From positions 1-47,472 of the forward strand of contig JAACCU010000119.1 in NCBI GenBank assembly GCA_009937405.1: 47,472 nucleotides of DNA, in the 5' to 3' direction. The notes below the pieces were generated by a model. That model was not told the DNA's origin. It searched no databases and worked only from the letters and a program-made list of their open reading frames with translations. The position numbers were made by a program, and so were the translations under genes. Shown here piece by piece: positions 38,196 through 47,375 of this stretch (positions are counted from its first letter, which is position 1; every line of letters starts with the position of its first letter). This DNA comes from Actinomycetota bacterium (GTDB lineage Bacteria; Actinomycetota; Acidimicrobiia; Acidimicrobiales; Aldehydirespiratoraceae).

Positions 38196-39388
38196 CGTCC
38201 CTGCCGGGCCACATTCAGCAGCACTCCAACTCCGGCCAAGGTCACCACGAGAGACGATCCGCCGAACGAGAGGAACGGCAGGGTTACTCCCATCACCGGC
38301 AGAAGCGACAAGACCGCGCCGAGGTTGAGTACCGCCTGCGCCACGATCATGGTCGTGATACCGAGGGCGAGCAGCATGCCGAAGCGATCAGGAGCGCGTA
38401 GCGCCGTCACTATGCCGGCCACACCAATAACAGCAAACACGAGGAGGACAGTGGCGGCGCCGATGAGTCCGAGTTCTTCGGCGATAATGGCGAAGATGAA
38501 GTCGGTATGGGCGTACGGAAGGAAGCCCCACTTGGCACGACTCCCACCGAGGCCTACGCCGGAGATGCCGCCCACGGTGATGGCGTGTAGCGACTGCAGC
38601 GCCTGATACCCGAATACGGGCTCTCCCCACGGATCACGGAAGGCAAGGAAGCGGGCCCGTCGCCACGGCGTGGCGAAAACCATCAGGCTGGTAACCGCTA
38701 CGCCGATACTGCCGATGCCAACCAATTGACGCATCGGGGCGCCCGCCAGAAACATCATCGTGCCGGCGATCAAACCCAACACCAGGATCGCTCCGAGGTG
38801 CGGCTGGAACATGAGAAGGACAACCACAAGCCCGGTGACCACGACCACGGGGCGAACCGTTATGTGTGTCTCCAAGATGGGCCGGCCCGGCCGAGAAAGC
38901 AGATCGGCGATGAAGAGCACGAGAGCCAACTTCATGAACTCCGACGGCTGAACGGAGAGCGGACCGACCTCTAGCCAGCGGGTGGCGCCGTTGCGGGTCA
39001 CCCCGACACCGGGAAGCAGGACTGCGACGAGCGCAAGACTGGCACCAACCATCACCGGAGCGGCGAACATGCGAATTCGGTGGTAGTCGACGCGAATCAT
39101 GACGAGCATTGCGCCCGTGCCAACACCCACTGCCAGCAGTTGGCGCCGGAAGAGGCTCCATGCGCTGCTCGAGTTGTTGATGCTCACCACCGCTGATGCT
39201 GACAAGACCATGACAACGCCGAGCAGGACGAGACAGCTCACGGCCACGAGAAGGATCAAAAATAGAGGTGTGCGTTGGCCGGAAAGACGGCGCGGCCCGC
39301 GGCCATCGGCTTCGACTCGCGATGCTGGATGCCGACCTTTGGACGCTGCCCGCTGCTGCTTTTTCGGGTGATTTTCGACGGCCGTCAT
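38192..39388 (-). CDS. ftsW: SEDS peptidoglycan polymerase FtsW
   Basis: NGATRW, QPSEFMK, AHTDFIFAIIAEELG, LPFLSFGGSS; ATGA overlap with murD. Confidence 0.96.
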   Translation of the reverse strand: MTAVENHPKKQQRAASKGRHPASRVEADGRGPRRLSGQRTPLFLILLVAVSCLVLLGVVMVLSASAVVSINNSSSAWSLFRRQLLAVGVGTGAMLVMIRVDYHRIRMFAAPVMVGASLALVAVLLPGVGVTRNGATRWLEVGPLSVQPSEFMKLALVLFIADLLSRPGRPILETHITVRPVVVVTGLVVVLLMFQPHLGAILVLGLIAGTMMFLAGAPMRQLVGIGSIGVAVTSLMVFATPWRRARFLAFRDPWGEPVFGYQALQSLHAITVGGISGVGLGGSRAKWGFLPYAHTDFIFAIIAEELGLIGAATVLLVFAVIGVAGIVTALRAPDRFGMLLALGITTMIVAQAVLNLGAVLSLLPVMGVTLPFLSFGGSSLVVTLAGVGVLLNVARQGR

Positions 39389-40740
39389 CGCACACATTCT
39401 TCGTCGTACTTGCGGACGATTCGGGCACAGTCATCACCGCGGTCGCCATAGTTTCGGTACCAGTCGAATGAGGCACAGCCTGGCGACAGCAACACGGCTA
39501 CTCGACCTTCGGCAAGCCGGCGAGCAGCAGCCACTGCTTCTTGCATGTCATATGCGACCACGACCTCATGAGTGGATGAGAACACCGAAGTGATTTCGTC
39601 CGCGGCGTCACCAATGGCGACGACAGCGTGCACATGCTCGCCTGCGTCGCGCATGCTTGAGAGGTCGATTCCCTTGTTGCGGCCTCCGGCGATAAGCACG
39701 ACCTTCTCGAAGCCGCGAAGGGCAGCCACCGTGGCATGAGGTGTCGTTGCCTTGGAGTCGTCGAAGTACGTGACGCCATCGATCTCCCCCACTGGAGATA
39801 CTCGATGGGCGAGTCCAGCGAAGCGTTCGCATGCTTCAGCTACTGCTGAAAGCGTCGCACCGACCGGGATCGTGGTGGCGGCAACAGCAAGGGCGTCTTC
39901 GATGTCGTGGGGAAGGCTCCGCCACAGGCGATCAATCGAGGTGAAGGCGCCCTCTGGCCCGACAAGGTCGTCGCCTTCGAGATGCCAGTCGGCGCTTTCG
40001 CCACCGAAGGTGACGAGGTTTGCTGACTCGGGCACATGGCGCATCACCACCGGGTCCTCGGCATTCGCAACGATGACGCCATCGGTTCCGACCATGGCGA
40101 AGATCTCGGCCTTCGCTCGTTCATAGCTTTCGAGATCGGCGTGAACGTCGAGGTGGTCGGGCGCGAAGTTCAGCCAGGTCGCAACCGCGACCTGGAACTC
40201 GGAAGCCCTCGCCAGTCGAAACGACGATGCTTCGACGACAAAGACGTCGATGGTGAGATCGTCAATCGCGCGTACCAACGGCACATCGGTGTTACCCGCC
40301 GCTACCGCATTGAGGCCCGAGTGTTGGAGAGCGGCAACCGCCAGTTCGACCACGGTGGTCTTGCCGTTGGTGCCGGTGATGGCGGCAATCGGCCGCTTGT
40401 CCCATGCCGCTGCAAGGTCGAACTCACCGACGAGCGGACGATCTTTGTCGCGGGCAAGAGAGAAGACCGGGTGGTGCTCGGGAAGGCCTGGGGCTGGGCA
40501 GACGAGGTCAGCTTGCTCAACCAACGATTCCAGCACCGAGTCGGTGGGAGCCGCGTGGAGTTCGATGTCGAGCGCGGCTGCAGCTTGGCGAAGTCCTTCG
40601 TCGACGTCGTCGTCGGCCGCAATCACCGTGTGACCGCGGCGCAGAAGGGCCCCAGCGACGGCCCGGTTCGTGATGCCCATCCCCACCAACAAAATCGTGC
40701 AAGAGCCAGCGTCGAGGGCACGAGCGATCGGACCCCTCAT
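39385..40740 (-). CDS. murD: UDP-MurNAc-L-Ala-D-glutamate ligase
   Basis: ITGTNGKTT, EASSF, DHLDVH, DDSKAT, LLSPGCASFD; ATGA overlap with mraY. Confidence 0.96.
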   Translation of the reverse strand: MRGPIARALDAGSCTILLVGMGITNRAVAGALLRRGHTVIAADDDVDEGLRQAAAALDIELHAAPTDSVLESLVEQADLVCPAPGLPEHHPVFSLARDKDRPLVGEFDLAAAWDKRPIAAITGTNGKTTVVELAVAALQHSGLNAVAAGNTDVPLVRAIDDLTIDVFVVEASSFRLARASEFQVAVATWLNFAPDHLDVHADLESYERAKAEIFAMVGTDGVIVANAEDPVVMRHVPESANLVTFGGESADWHLEGDDLVGPEGAFTSIDRLWRSLPHDIEDALAVAATTIPVGATLSAVAEACERFAGLAHRVSPVGEIDGVTYFDDSKATTPHATVAALRGFEKVVLIAGGRNKGIDLSSMRDAGEHVHAVVAIGDAADEITSVFSSTHEVVVAYDMQEAVAAARRLAEGRVAVLLSPGCASFDWYRNYGDRGDDCARIVRKYDEECVR

Positions 40741-41771
40741 GCGGCGATGCCTGCTCGAATGGCGTCGGCGTAAAATAAGCCCAACCCGACCGCGGTGCAA
40801 AGACCCGACATGATCCAGAGGCGGACGATCACGGTGGTCTCAGGCCACCCACTGAGTTCGAAGTGATGGTGGATCGGCGCCATGCGGAAGAGACGACGGC
40901 CACCGCATCGGCGAAACACGATTACCTGGAGGATCACCGACACGGTTTCGGCCACGAAGAGCCCACCGATAATCGGAAGGAGGAGATGTGTGTTGGTGCC
41001 AAGGGCGAGCGCGGCAAGGCCGCTGCCGATCGCCAATGATCCCGTGTCGCCCATGAAAATCTGGGCCGGGGCCGCGTTCCACCACAGGAAGCCGATGATG
41101 CCGCCGACCATGGCCGTGGCGACAACGGCGACATCGAGAGCATGGGGGTTCCCATAGACCTCAAGGTGTCGGAATTGCCAGAATCCGATGACGGTGAAGG
41201 CGGCGAATGCAAATGCCCCAGATCCTGCCGCAAGGCCGTCGAGTCCATCGGTCAGATTGACTGCGTTGGTTGTGCCCACGATGAGCAGCACCGCCCACAG
41301 CATCCAGCCGATACGGCCGATGTCCCAGCCGGGGTTGTCGAAGCGGGTAAACGAAATCGTGGTTTCGACATGCGTGAACTGTGTCATCAGCGCAGCAAAG
41401 CCTACGGCCACGATCAGCAGTCCGAGTATCTTGGTCCGCTTGTTGAGACCCAGGTTTCGCGCCGCCACGACCTTGATCCAGTCGTCCATCAGGCCGACGG
41501 CGCCGCCGCCAACGATCGCAAGCATCACGAAGATCCCGGTGCGGGTGTAAATGCCGCCGAAGAGATCGGAGATCACGTAACCCGCAACCGCGCCCGACAC
41601 GATGGCAAGGCCACCCATGGTGGGCGTGCCGGCCTTCAGGTGATGACCCTCAGGGCCGTCATCACGGATGGGCTGGCCGACCTTGCGAGAGGTCAAAATC
41701 TCGATCAAGGCTTTCGTGCCAAGAAGAGACACGAGCATTGAGATTGCACCGGCGATCAGCAAGCGAGTCAT
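40737..41771 (-). CDS. mraY: Phospho-MurNAc-pentapeptide transferase
   Basis: KAGTPTMGG, DD, NAVNLTDGLDGL, FMGDTGS, APIHHHFE. Confidence 0.98.
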   Translation of the reverse strand: MTRLLIAGAISMLVSLLGTKALIEILTSRKVGQPIRDDGPEGHHLKAGTPTMGGLAIVSGAVAGYVISDLFGGIYTRTGIFVMLAIVGGGAVGLMDDWIKVVAARNLGLNKRTKILGLLIVAVGFAALMTQFTHVETTISFTRFDNPGWDIGRIGWMLWAVLLIVGTTNAVNLTDGLDGLAAGSGAFAFAAFTVIGFWQFRHLEVYGNPHALDVAVVATAMVGGIIGFLWWNAAPAQIFMGDTGSLAIGSGLAALALGTNTHLLLPIIGGLFVAETVSVILQVIVFRRCGGRRLFRMAPIHHHFELSGWPETTVIVRLWIMSGLCTAVGLGLFYADAIRAGIAA

Positions 41772-43195
41772 GAGTTGGCTCCTCCGAGGCGGCGCAATTC
41801 GTCACGCGCAACTACGCGGTCATCGAATTCGAGCACATCAGCGCCGATCGTCTGTGTCACCTCGTGACCTTTTCCGGCGATCAGCACGACATCTCCGTCT
41901 CGGGCGGCTGCAAATGCATGGCGAATAGCCATTCTGCGGTCTGGCTCGACCAGATCGGGGGATTTGTGCATGCCCGACACCACAAAAGCGATGATGGCAT
42001 TCGGATCCTCGCTCCGAGGGTTGTCGTTGGTGACCACGACACGGTCGGCGAGTCGTCGGGTCACCTCGCCCATTTGAGACCGCTTGCCCTGGTCGCGGTC
42101 GCCGCCGGCACCAAACACAACAATCAGTGAGCGTTGGGTGACAGCACGAGCGGCTTGCAGAACCGCCTCTAGCCCATCGGGCGTGTGGGCGTAGTCCACG
42201 ATGACCGCAAACCGTTGGCCTTCATCGATCTGCTCGAACCGGCCCGGCACGGTCGGTAACTCGGCGAGACCACCGATGACATCGGCCTGCTCCACTCCCA
42301 GCGCCACCATGATTTCCGCTGCGAGCGCAGCGTTGGCCACATTGAACGCCCCTCCGAGTGGGAGATCAACCTCGGCGCTGCGCCAACGAAAGCGGCTCCG
42401 TCGGGAACCAAGATCAAGGATTTCGACAAGATCGTCATCAATCGCAACAACCGGCACCGATGCGAGGCTCGCCATGCGGGCTCCGGCCTCGGACCGAACG
42501 TCGATTACTGCGAGATCGCAGAGATCCGGAGTGAATAGCAACGCCTTGGCAGCGAAGTACGCCTCGAGGTCACCATGATGATCGAGGTGATCGACGCCAA
42601 GATTTGTAAACGCGGCGACGCTAAAGCGCGTGCCGTTAACCCGGTGCAGGTCAAGCGCGTGGCTTGACACCTCCATCGCTACCAACTCTCGTCGGTCGTG
42701 GCGCGCCACCGCGAGAATGCGCTGGAGGTCGGTGGCTTCAGGAGTCGTCCGTTCCCCGGTAAGGGTCCCGATCTCCAGACAATCTTTCCCCAGAATCTCG
42801 CCGATGGAAGAAACCATCCGGACCGTCGTTGTCTTGCCGTTGGTGCCGGTGACGCCCACAACGTCGAACGATTGGCTCGGGTTGTTATGGATGCACGCGG
42901 CCACAGGGCCCACCGCTTCGCGGACATTGCTGACAACAATCTGAGGGATGGCTAAATCGAGTTCGTGGTCGACGAGCAGAGCTGCGGCACCAGCGTCTTT
43001 GACCGCAGCGGCGTAGTCGTGACCGTCGGCATTGGTGCCGGGGATGCACGCGAAGATCATCCCGTCGCCGACCCGACGAGAGTCGTGTTCAGCCTCGAGC
43101 AGCACGAGAGAGGACGAAATAGCGATCGCCTCTCTGTTGAGAGAAGTGACTTGTTTTCCCGCCGCCGCAACCACCTCACCGAGGCGAGCACTCAT
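41768..43195 (-). CDS. murE: UDP-MurNAc-dipeptide diaminopimelate ligase
   Basis: VTGTNGKTT, TTPE, MEVSSH, DHLD, DYAHTPD, DNPR (DAP-type motif), AGKGHE. Confidence 0.97.
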   Translation of the reverse strand: MSARLGEVVAAAGKQVTSLNREAIAISSSLVLLEAEHDSRRVGDGMIFACIPGTNADGHDYAAAVKDAGAAALLVDHELDLAIPQIVVSNVREAVGPVAACIHNNPSQSFDVVGVTGTNGKTTTVRMVSSIGEILGKDCLEIGTLTGERTTPEATDLQRILAVARHDRRELVAMEVSSHALDLHRVNGTRFSVAAFTNLGVDHLDHHGDLEAYFAAKALLFTPDLCDLAVIDVRSEAGARMASLASVPVVAIDDDLVEILDLGSRRSRFRWRSAEVDLPLGGAFNVANAALAAEIMVALGVEQADVIGGLAELPTVPGRFEQIDEGQRFAVIVDYAHTPDGLEAVLQAARAVTQRSLIVVFGAGGDRDQGKRSQMGEVTRRLADRVVVTNDNPRSEDPNAIIAFVVSGMHKSPDLVEPDRRMAIRHAFAAARDGDVVLIAGKGHEVTQTIGADVLEFDDRVVARDELRRLGGANS

Positions 43196-45069
43196 TGCGT
43201 CGGCTCAGCACTATCGCTGCCTCCGGCGGTTTCCAGCACTCCGGCCGGGTCGGCCCGGACTCGCTCGCCGGTCGGTCCGGCTGTGCTCGGTAAAATCTGT
43301 AGCTGCCGAACCGCATAGGCGGCAATCTCTGCAAACGCGGGTGCCGCGACGGCGCCGCCCCCGTACAGATCGGTTGTCGGGTCATCGATGATCACGATGA
43401 TCGAGAGCTGAGGCCCATGGTCGTTGGAAATGATGCCACCGAAGCTGGCCGCATAGTGGCGTGAACCGTTGCCATCTTCATCGATATCGCAGAGGTATCC
43501 GCCCATGGCACAAGGCTGCCACGAGGTGCCTGTCTTGCCGGCGATCTCATAGCCGGGAACCAGGGCGCGTGTGCCAGTTCCCCTCGCCACCACCTCAGCC
43601 ATCATCCTCAACACTGCACCTGCGGTTTCTTCGCTCACGACACGGTGGGGGTCACTGAGCCCCACATCGTCAGTTAGTAGAACCGGATCAACGTGGACAC
43701 CACCGTTGGCGATCGTGTTATAGCTCTGGAGCATCTGGAGGCCGGTGACCGCGATGCTCTGGCCGATCGCCGCGTTCGATAACTCAAGCACGTGGGAGTC
43801 GAGCGGATCGAGAATGCCACTGGCCTCGCCTTTGAACTCGAGCGCAGTGCGGCTACCAAGACCAAATCCGAGGAACGCGTGGTACAGCCCATCAGCGCCG
43901 AGTCGGGTGGCCAATTCGATCGTTCCAATGTTGGACGACAGCGCCATCACGTCGGTCGGCGTGTAGTAGGTCTCGGTGTGGGCAAAGTAGTCCCGGTAGG
44001 TCTTCGTACCACCCTCAACGTTGTACACGAGTTGCTCCGGGAGCTGAAGGAGTTCCTGGGGTGAGGCGGCGTTGGCTTCGAGTACCGCCGCCATGGTGAG
44101 CGGCTTAATGATTGACCCGGGTTCATAGGTCCAGATGGCGGAAAGGTTCGTCGTGGTGCACTCGATCACGCCACTTTCACTGCTGCGTTGAACATTCGCA
44201 GCCGCGATGATTTCGCCGGTCTCGGGAATCATCACAATGGCGATGCCGCGCTGGCCTACTGCCCCTTCGACCGCTTCAGCCAGGATCTGTTCCGTCTGGT
44301 ATTGCACGTTGCGGTCGAGGGTGGTTCGAACATTCTGACCTGGCTGAGCCGGCTCGATAATCTGCTCTCCGTTCGGGATGGTGGATTCACCATCGGCGCT
44401 CGACTCGAGGATGACGCTGCCGGGGACACCGGTCAGGCTGCTGTCGTAGGCCTCTTCAAGTCCGCTGATGCCGACATGGTCAATGTCGGTGCGGCCCACG
44501 ATGGCGAGGCCTGAGCATGGACCGTTGGGATGCGTGCGCCGAGGTTCATTCCGAAACCAGATTCCCGGGATCTCCAGGTCGCGGACTGCCTCGGCGGTCG
44601 CCTCGTCAACCTGGCGCGCGATGTAGGCGAATGAACTGTCTCGGGAGAGCCGAGTCATTAGAACACCGGGCGGGGTATCGACAAGCTCACTGAGCTGAGC
44701 GACGACGAAGGGCAGTTGCTCTGCGGTGAACACACGAGGATTGGCCTCGATCGTGATTGCTGGCAATGAGTGAGAAATCGGTCGTTCCCACCGGTCTGTA
44801 ATTTCCCCGCGAGGAGCGGGCAATTCCTGGGTGATGACTCGAGTGCCGAGACCTTCCTGCAACTCGGGATCAGGAGTGAGTTGAAGATCGGCGAGCCGAT
44901 AGCTCAACATCCCAAATCCAACGAGAAGCGCAAGCCCGAGCGTGGCCACCCGCTTGCCGCACACGGTGGGGCGCGTGGCTACCACCGTGCGACGAGGTAC
45001 CTTTCGGCGGACCGAGGTTCGAGAGGTGACGGATCTGGTGGGGGCTTTGCCGGGGCGGCGAGCCGTCAC
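43192..45069 (-). CDS. ftsI: Class B penicillin-binding protein FtsI
   Basis: N-terminal TM, RGEITDR, SIIK (SxxK), SSN, KTG; GTGA overlap with the upstream gene. Confidence 0.93.
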   Translation of the reverse strand: MTARRPGKAPTRSVTSRTSVRRKVPRRTVVATRPTVCGKRVATLGLALLVGFGMLSYRLADLQLTPDPELQEGLGTRVITQELPAPRGEITDRWERPISHSLPAITIEANPRVFTAEQLPFVVAQLSELVDTPPGVLMTRLSRDSSFAYIARQVDEATAEAVRDLEIPGIWFRNEPRRTHPNGPCSGLAIVGRTDIDHVGISGLEEAYDSSLTGVPGSVILESSADGESTIPNGEQIIEPAQPGQNVRTTLDRNVQYQTEQILAEAVEGAVGQRGIAIVMIPETGEIIAAANVQRSSESGVIECTTTNLSAIWTYEPGSIIKPLTMAAVLEANAASPQELLQLPEQLVYNVEGGTKTYRDYFAHTETYYTPTDVMALSSNIGTIELATRLGADGLYHAFLGFGLGSRTALEFKGEASGILDPLDSHVLELSNAAIGQSIAVTGLQMLQSYNTIANGGVHVDPVLLTDDVGLSDPHRVVSEETAGAVLRMMAEVVARGTGTRALVPGYEIAGKTGTSWQPCAMGGYLCDIDEDGNGSRHYAASFGGIISNDHGPQLSIIVIIDDPTTDLYGGGAVAAPAFAEIAAYAVRQLQILPSTAGPTGERVRADPAGVLETAGGSDSAEPTQ

Positions 45070-45506
45070 CGGTCGGCCCCAGAGCCGAACGGATCGACCC
45101 ATATCGGGGCCGCGAGCGCGCCATCGGGCACTGGCGTCAGCATCACGAGAGATGCCGACTCGACAAGTCCGGCGGCTGCCGCTTGCGTCGCGAGTCCCTC
45201 GGGAGAGTCGGCGGCAGCCAACGATGCCACTGCCCGTGTCACCTCGGTTTCGAGGACCACATTTTCAGCATTGATGGCGTCGATCTGGGCTTGCCCCTGC
45301 ACGAGCATGGCGTGGATAGCGGCGAGAACGAACAGTGTGACAAAAACGACCAGAAGAAGGGTGGAACCGATGGCGCCGACAGTGCGGATCCGAGTGTCGG
45401 GTCGAACGACTTGAAGCGGAGCGCGCCGCGGGGCTGCCTTGAGCGGGCGGGGCACCGGAGCCGACGATGCGACCCTTGGCGACAGGGCGGGGCGAGCGGC
45501 GGCCAT
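45066..45506 (-). CDS. ftsL: FtsL-like cell division protein
   Basis: Single TM plus coiled coil, located between rsmH and ftsI. Confidence 0.72.
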   Translation of the reverse strand: MAAARPALSPRVASSAPVPRPLKAAPRRAPLQVVRPDTRIRTVGAIGSTLLLVVFVTLFVLAAIHAMLVQGQAQIDAINAENVVLETEVTRAVASLAAADSPEGLATQAAAAGLVESASLVMLTPVPDGALAAPIWVDPFGSGADR

Positions 45507-46477
45507 CAGGCGACTTCCGCGAGCTTCTCAACGGCGCGAAAACGGGCGGCTTCAGAGCGCGGATTGCGCTCGATCTCTGCCTCACTCGGCTTCCGAGCGC
45601 CTCGCCACAGCAAGCGAACTGTCGGCTCGTTCCCAGGCGGCGGGGGAAGTTCTGGACGCTGACGAGGAGCTTCGCCAGCTTCATCACGGAAGAGACGTTT
45701 TACAATCCGGTCCTCACCGGAGTGGTACGAGAGCACGGCACACCGACCTTGTGGGGCGAGAAGGTCAAGAGCTTGTTGAATGGCGTCCTCGAGGATGTCG
45801 AGTTCCTCGTTGATCTCGATGCGTAGCGCCTGGAATGTCTTGCGGGCCGGGTGTCCACCTTTACGACGAACAGCCGCAGGTACAGCATCACGAACAACGT
45901 CAGCGAGTTGAGCCGTGGTGGAGAACGGCCGGTTGGCCACGATGGCCTTGGCGATGCGCGGGGCTTGCCGCTCGTCGCTGTTGCGCCGAAGGATGCCGAT
46001 CAATGATCCCTCATCGATGGTGTTCACAAAACCTGCTGCAGTAATGCCCTTCGAGCGGTCCATACGCATGTCCAGGGGACCATCGTTTCGGAAGCTGAAT
46101 CCGCGATCGGCATGGTCGAGCTGAGGCGAACTCACGCCCAGGTCGAACAATGCACCGGAAAGCTGAGTGTGTCCAAGAGAGCGGACCGCATCGGCGAGAC
46201 CATCGAAACGGGTGTGGCGGAGGGTCACCCGGTCGCCATGGGGTGCGAGCCGGGTGCCAGCAGCGGCGAGTGCCTGCTCATCCTGGTCGAGACCAAGGAT
46301 CGAGAGGCCCTCGTTTACTGCGAGAAGAGCGGATGCATGGCCGGCACCGCCGAGCGTGGCATCGACGACGAGGCCATCAGGAACTTCCGAGAGCACTGAT
46401 ACGACCTCGTCACGCATGACAGACACGTGGGAGAACGGTTTCGTGCCGCCAGTCTGGTTGTCGACGTTGTCGGTCAT
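45506..46477 (-). CDS. rsmH: 16S rRNA m4C1402 methyltransferase
   Basis: DATLGGAGH, DLGVSSPQLD, GPLDMRM, FQALRIEIN, SYHSGEDR, NPRS. Confidence 0.98.
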   Translation of the reverse strand: MTDNVDNQTGGTKPFSHVSVMRDEVVSVLSEVPDGLVVDATLGGAGHASALLAVNEGLSILGLDQDEQALAAAGTRLAPHGDRVTLRHTRFDGLADAVRSLGHTQLSGALFDLGVSSPQLDHADRGFSFRNDGPLDMRMDRSKGITAAGFVNTIDEGSLIGILRRNSDERQAPRIAKAIVANRPFSTTAQLADVVRDAVPAAVRRKGGHPARKTFQALRIEINEELDILEDAIQQALDLLAPQGRCAVLSYHSGEDRIVKRLFRDEAGEAPRQRPELPPPPGNEPTVRLLWRGARKPSEAEIERNPRSEAARFRAVEKLAEVA

Positions 46478-46519
46478 GGTTCAAAACACCCGGTGTGAGG
46501 CCGCTGCGGCCGAATCGCC

Positions 46520-46629
46520 CATCTGCAGTCTCCCGATCGGCGGCGCACGCCGGGATTTCTCCCCGGTCGTGCTAATGGCAAGCGGGCGGAGTACGGGTCT
46601 TCCATTTGCTGATCGGAAGACTGCAGATG
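46520..46629 (-). ncRNA. Candidate structured cis RNA between mraZ and rsmH
   Basis: 22-bp closing inverted repeat (46520-46541 with 46608-46629) enclosing two inner hairpins. Confidence 0.55.
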
Positions 46630-46677
46630 TTCGGTTCGTTCACTGGTGGCCAGTAGCCGGGTAGATCCTTTCCTGCG

Positions 46678-47115
46678 TTAGTTGGGTCCGAAGCCGTGCC
46701 CGCGCTCGATGGCGTCGGTGAGTTTTTCGGCGCCGCTCGGGCTGATGCTCGACCAGCGCTCCGGGTTCCAGAGCTCGATACGGCGAAGCGCGCCGGTGAC
46801 AATGACGTTGCGGTCGAGTCCACCCAATTCGCGCAGATGCGGAAGCAGACGAACTCGGCCTTGAGAATCGGGGGTGACCTCGTCGGCCTGGCTGGCGAAG
46901 TGACGCAACGCATCGACTCCAACGTCGCCCTTGGCTACCTGTGCTTCGAGTCGATCAGCCATCCGGTCGAACTCTTCGGCCGGAAGGATCGCCAAGCAAT
47001 GGTCGAGCGGCGTGATGAACGCTCCCTCGGCCAGCTTTGCTCGAAACGACGACGGGAGAATGAGCCGGCCTTTGTCGTCGATTGTGTGTTCGAAGTTTCC
47101 GACAAACCGTGCCAT
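46678..47115 (-). CDS. mraZ: dcw transcriptional regulator MraZ
   Basis: Two DxxGR repeats (IDDKGRL, PDSQGRV), IELW; AAGAGGTG Shine-Dalgarno. Confidence 0.97.
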   Translation of the reverse strand: MARFVGNFEHTIDDKGRLILPSSFRAKLAEGAFITPLDHCLAILPAEEFDRMADRLEAQVAKGDVGVDALRHFASQADEVTPDSQGRVRLLPHLRELGGLDRNVIVTGALRRIELWNPERWSSISPSGAEKLTDAIERGHGFGPN

Positions 47116-47200
47116 TGCTCACCTCTTTTCCGTGCGTTGTTCGTGTTGGCGGAGAAGGCAGTTGAGTATCTCCAGAGAACCCCTCGGTCCCCTAACAGGA

Positions 47201-47256
47201 TCCCTAGCACTCCATATCGCCCCACACTACTCCCCATACCTCCAAATACGCAAGGA
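47201..47256 (-). promoter_or_regulatory. mraZ promoter overlapped by five 10-bp-phased MraZ-type direct repeats
   Basis: Minus-strand units TTTGGA, TGGGGA, TGTGGG, TATGGA, TAGGGA at exact 10-nt period; TTGCGT-18 nt-TAGTGT promoter overlaps them. Confidence 0.75.
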
Positions 47257-47277
47257 TATTTTCACGGAGAGCGATTA

Positions 47278-47291
47278 CGAACGCACGTTCG
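47278..47291. promoter_or_regulatory. LexA-type SOS box
   Basis: CGAAC-GCAC-GTTCG, a perfect match to the CGAAC-N4-GTTCG core. Confidence 0.55.
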
Positions 47292-47375
47292 GCGCGAATA
47301 TGATTCGCGTCAAACCAGCCGATTCTCGACGAAGTTTCACCCCGGCTGACGCACAAACATTGGGCTTTGGGGCTA

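Noticed and set aside
47201-47250. Mini CRISPR or iteron array
   Set aside because: Units are 10-bp degenerate repeats without spacers, no cas or rep genes nearby; MraZ operator explains them
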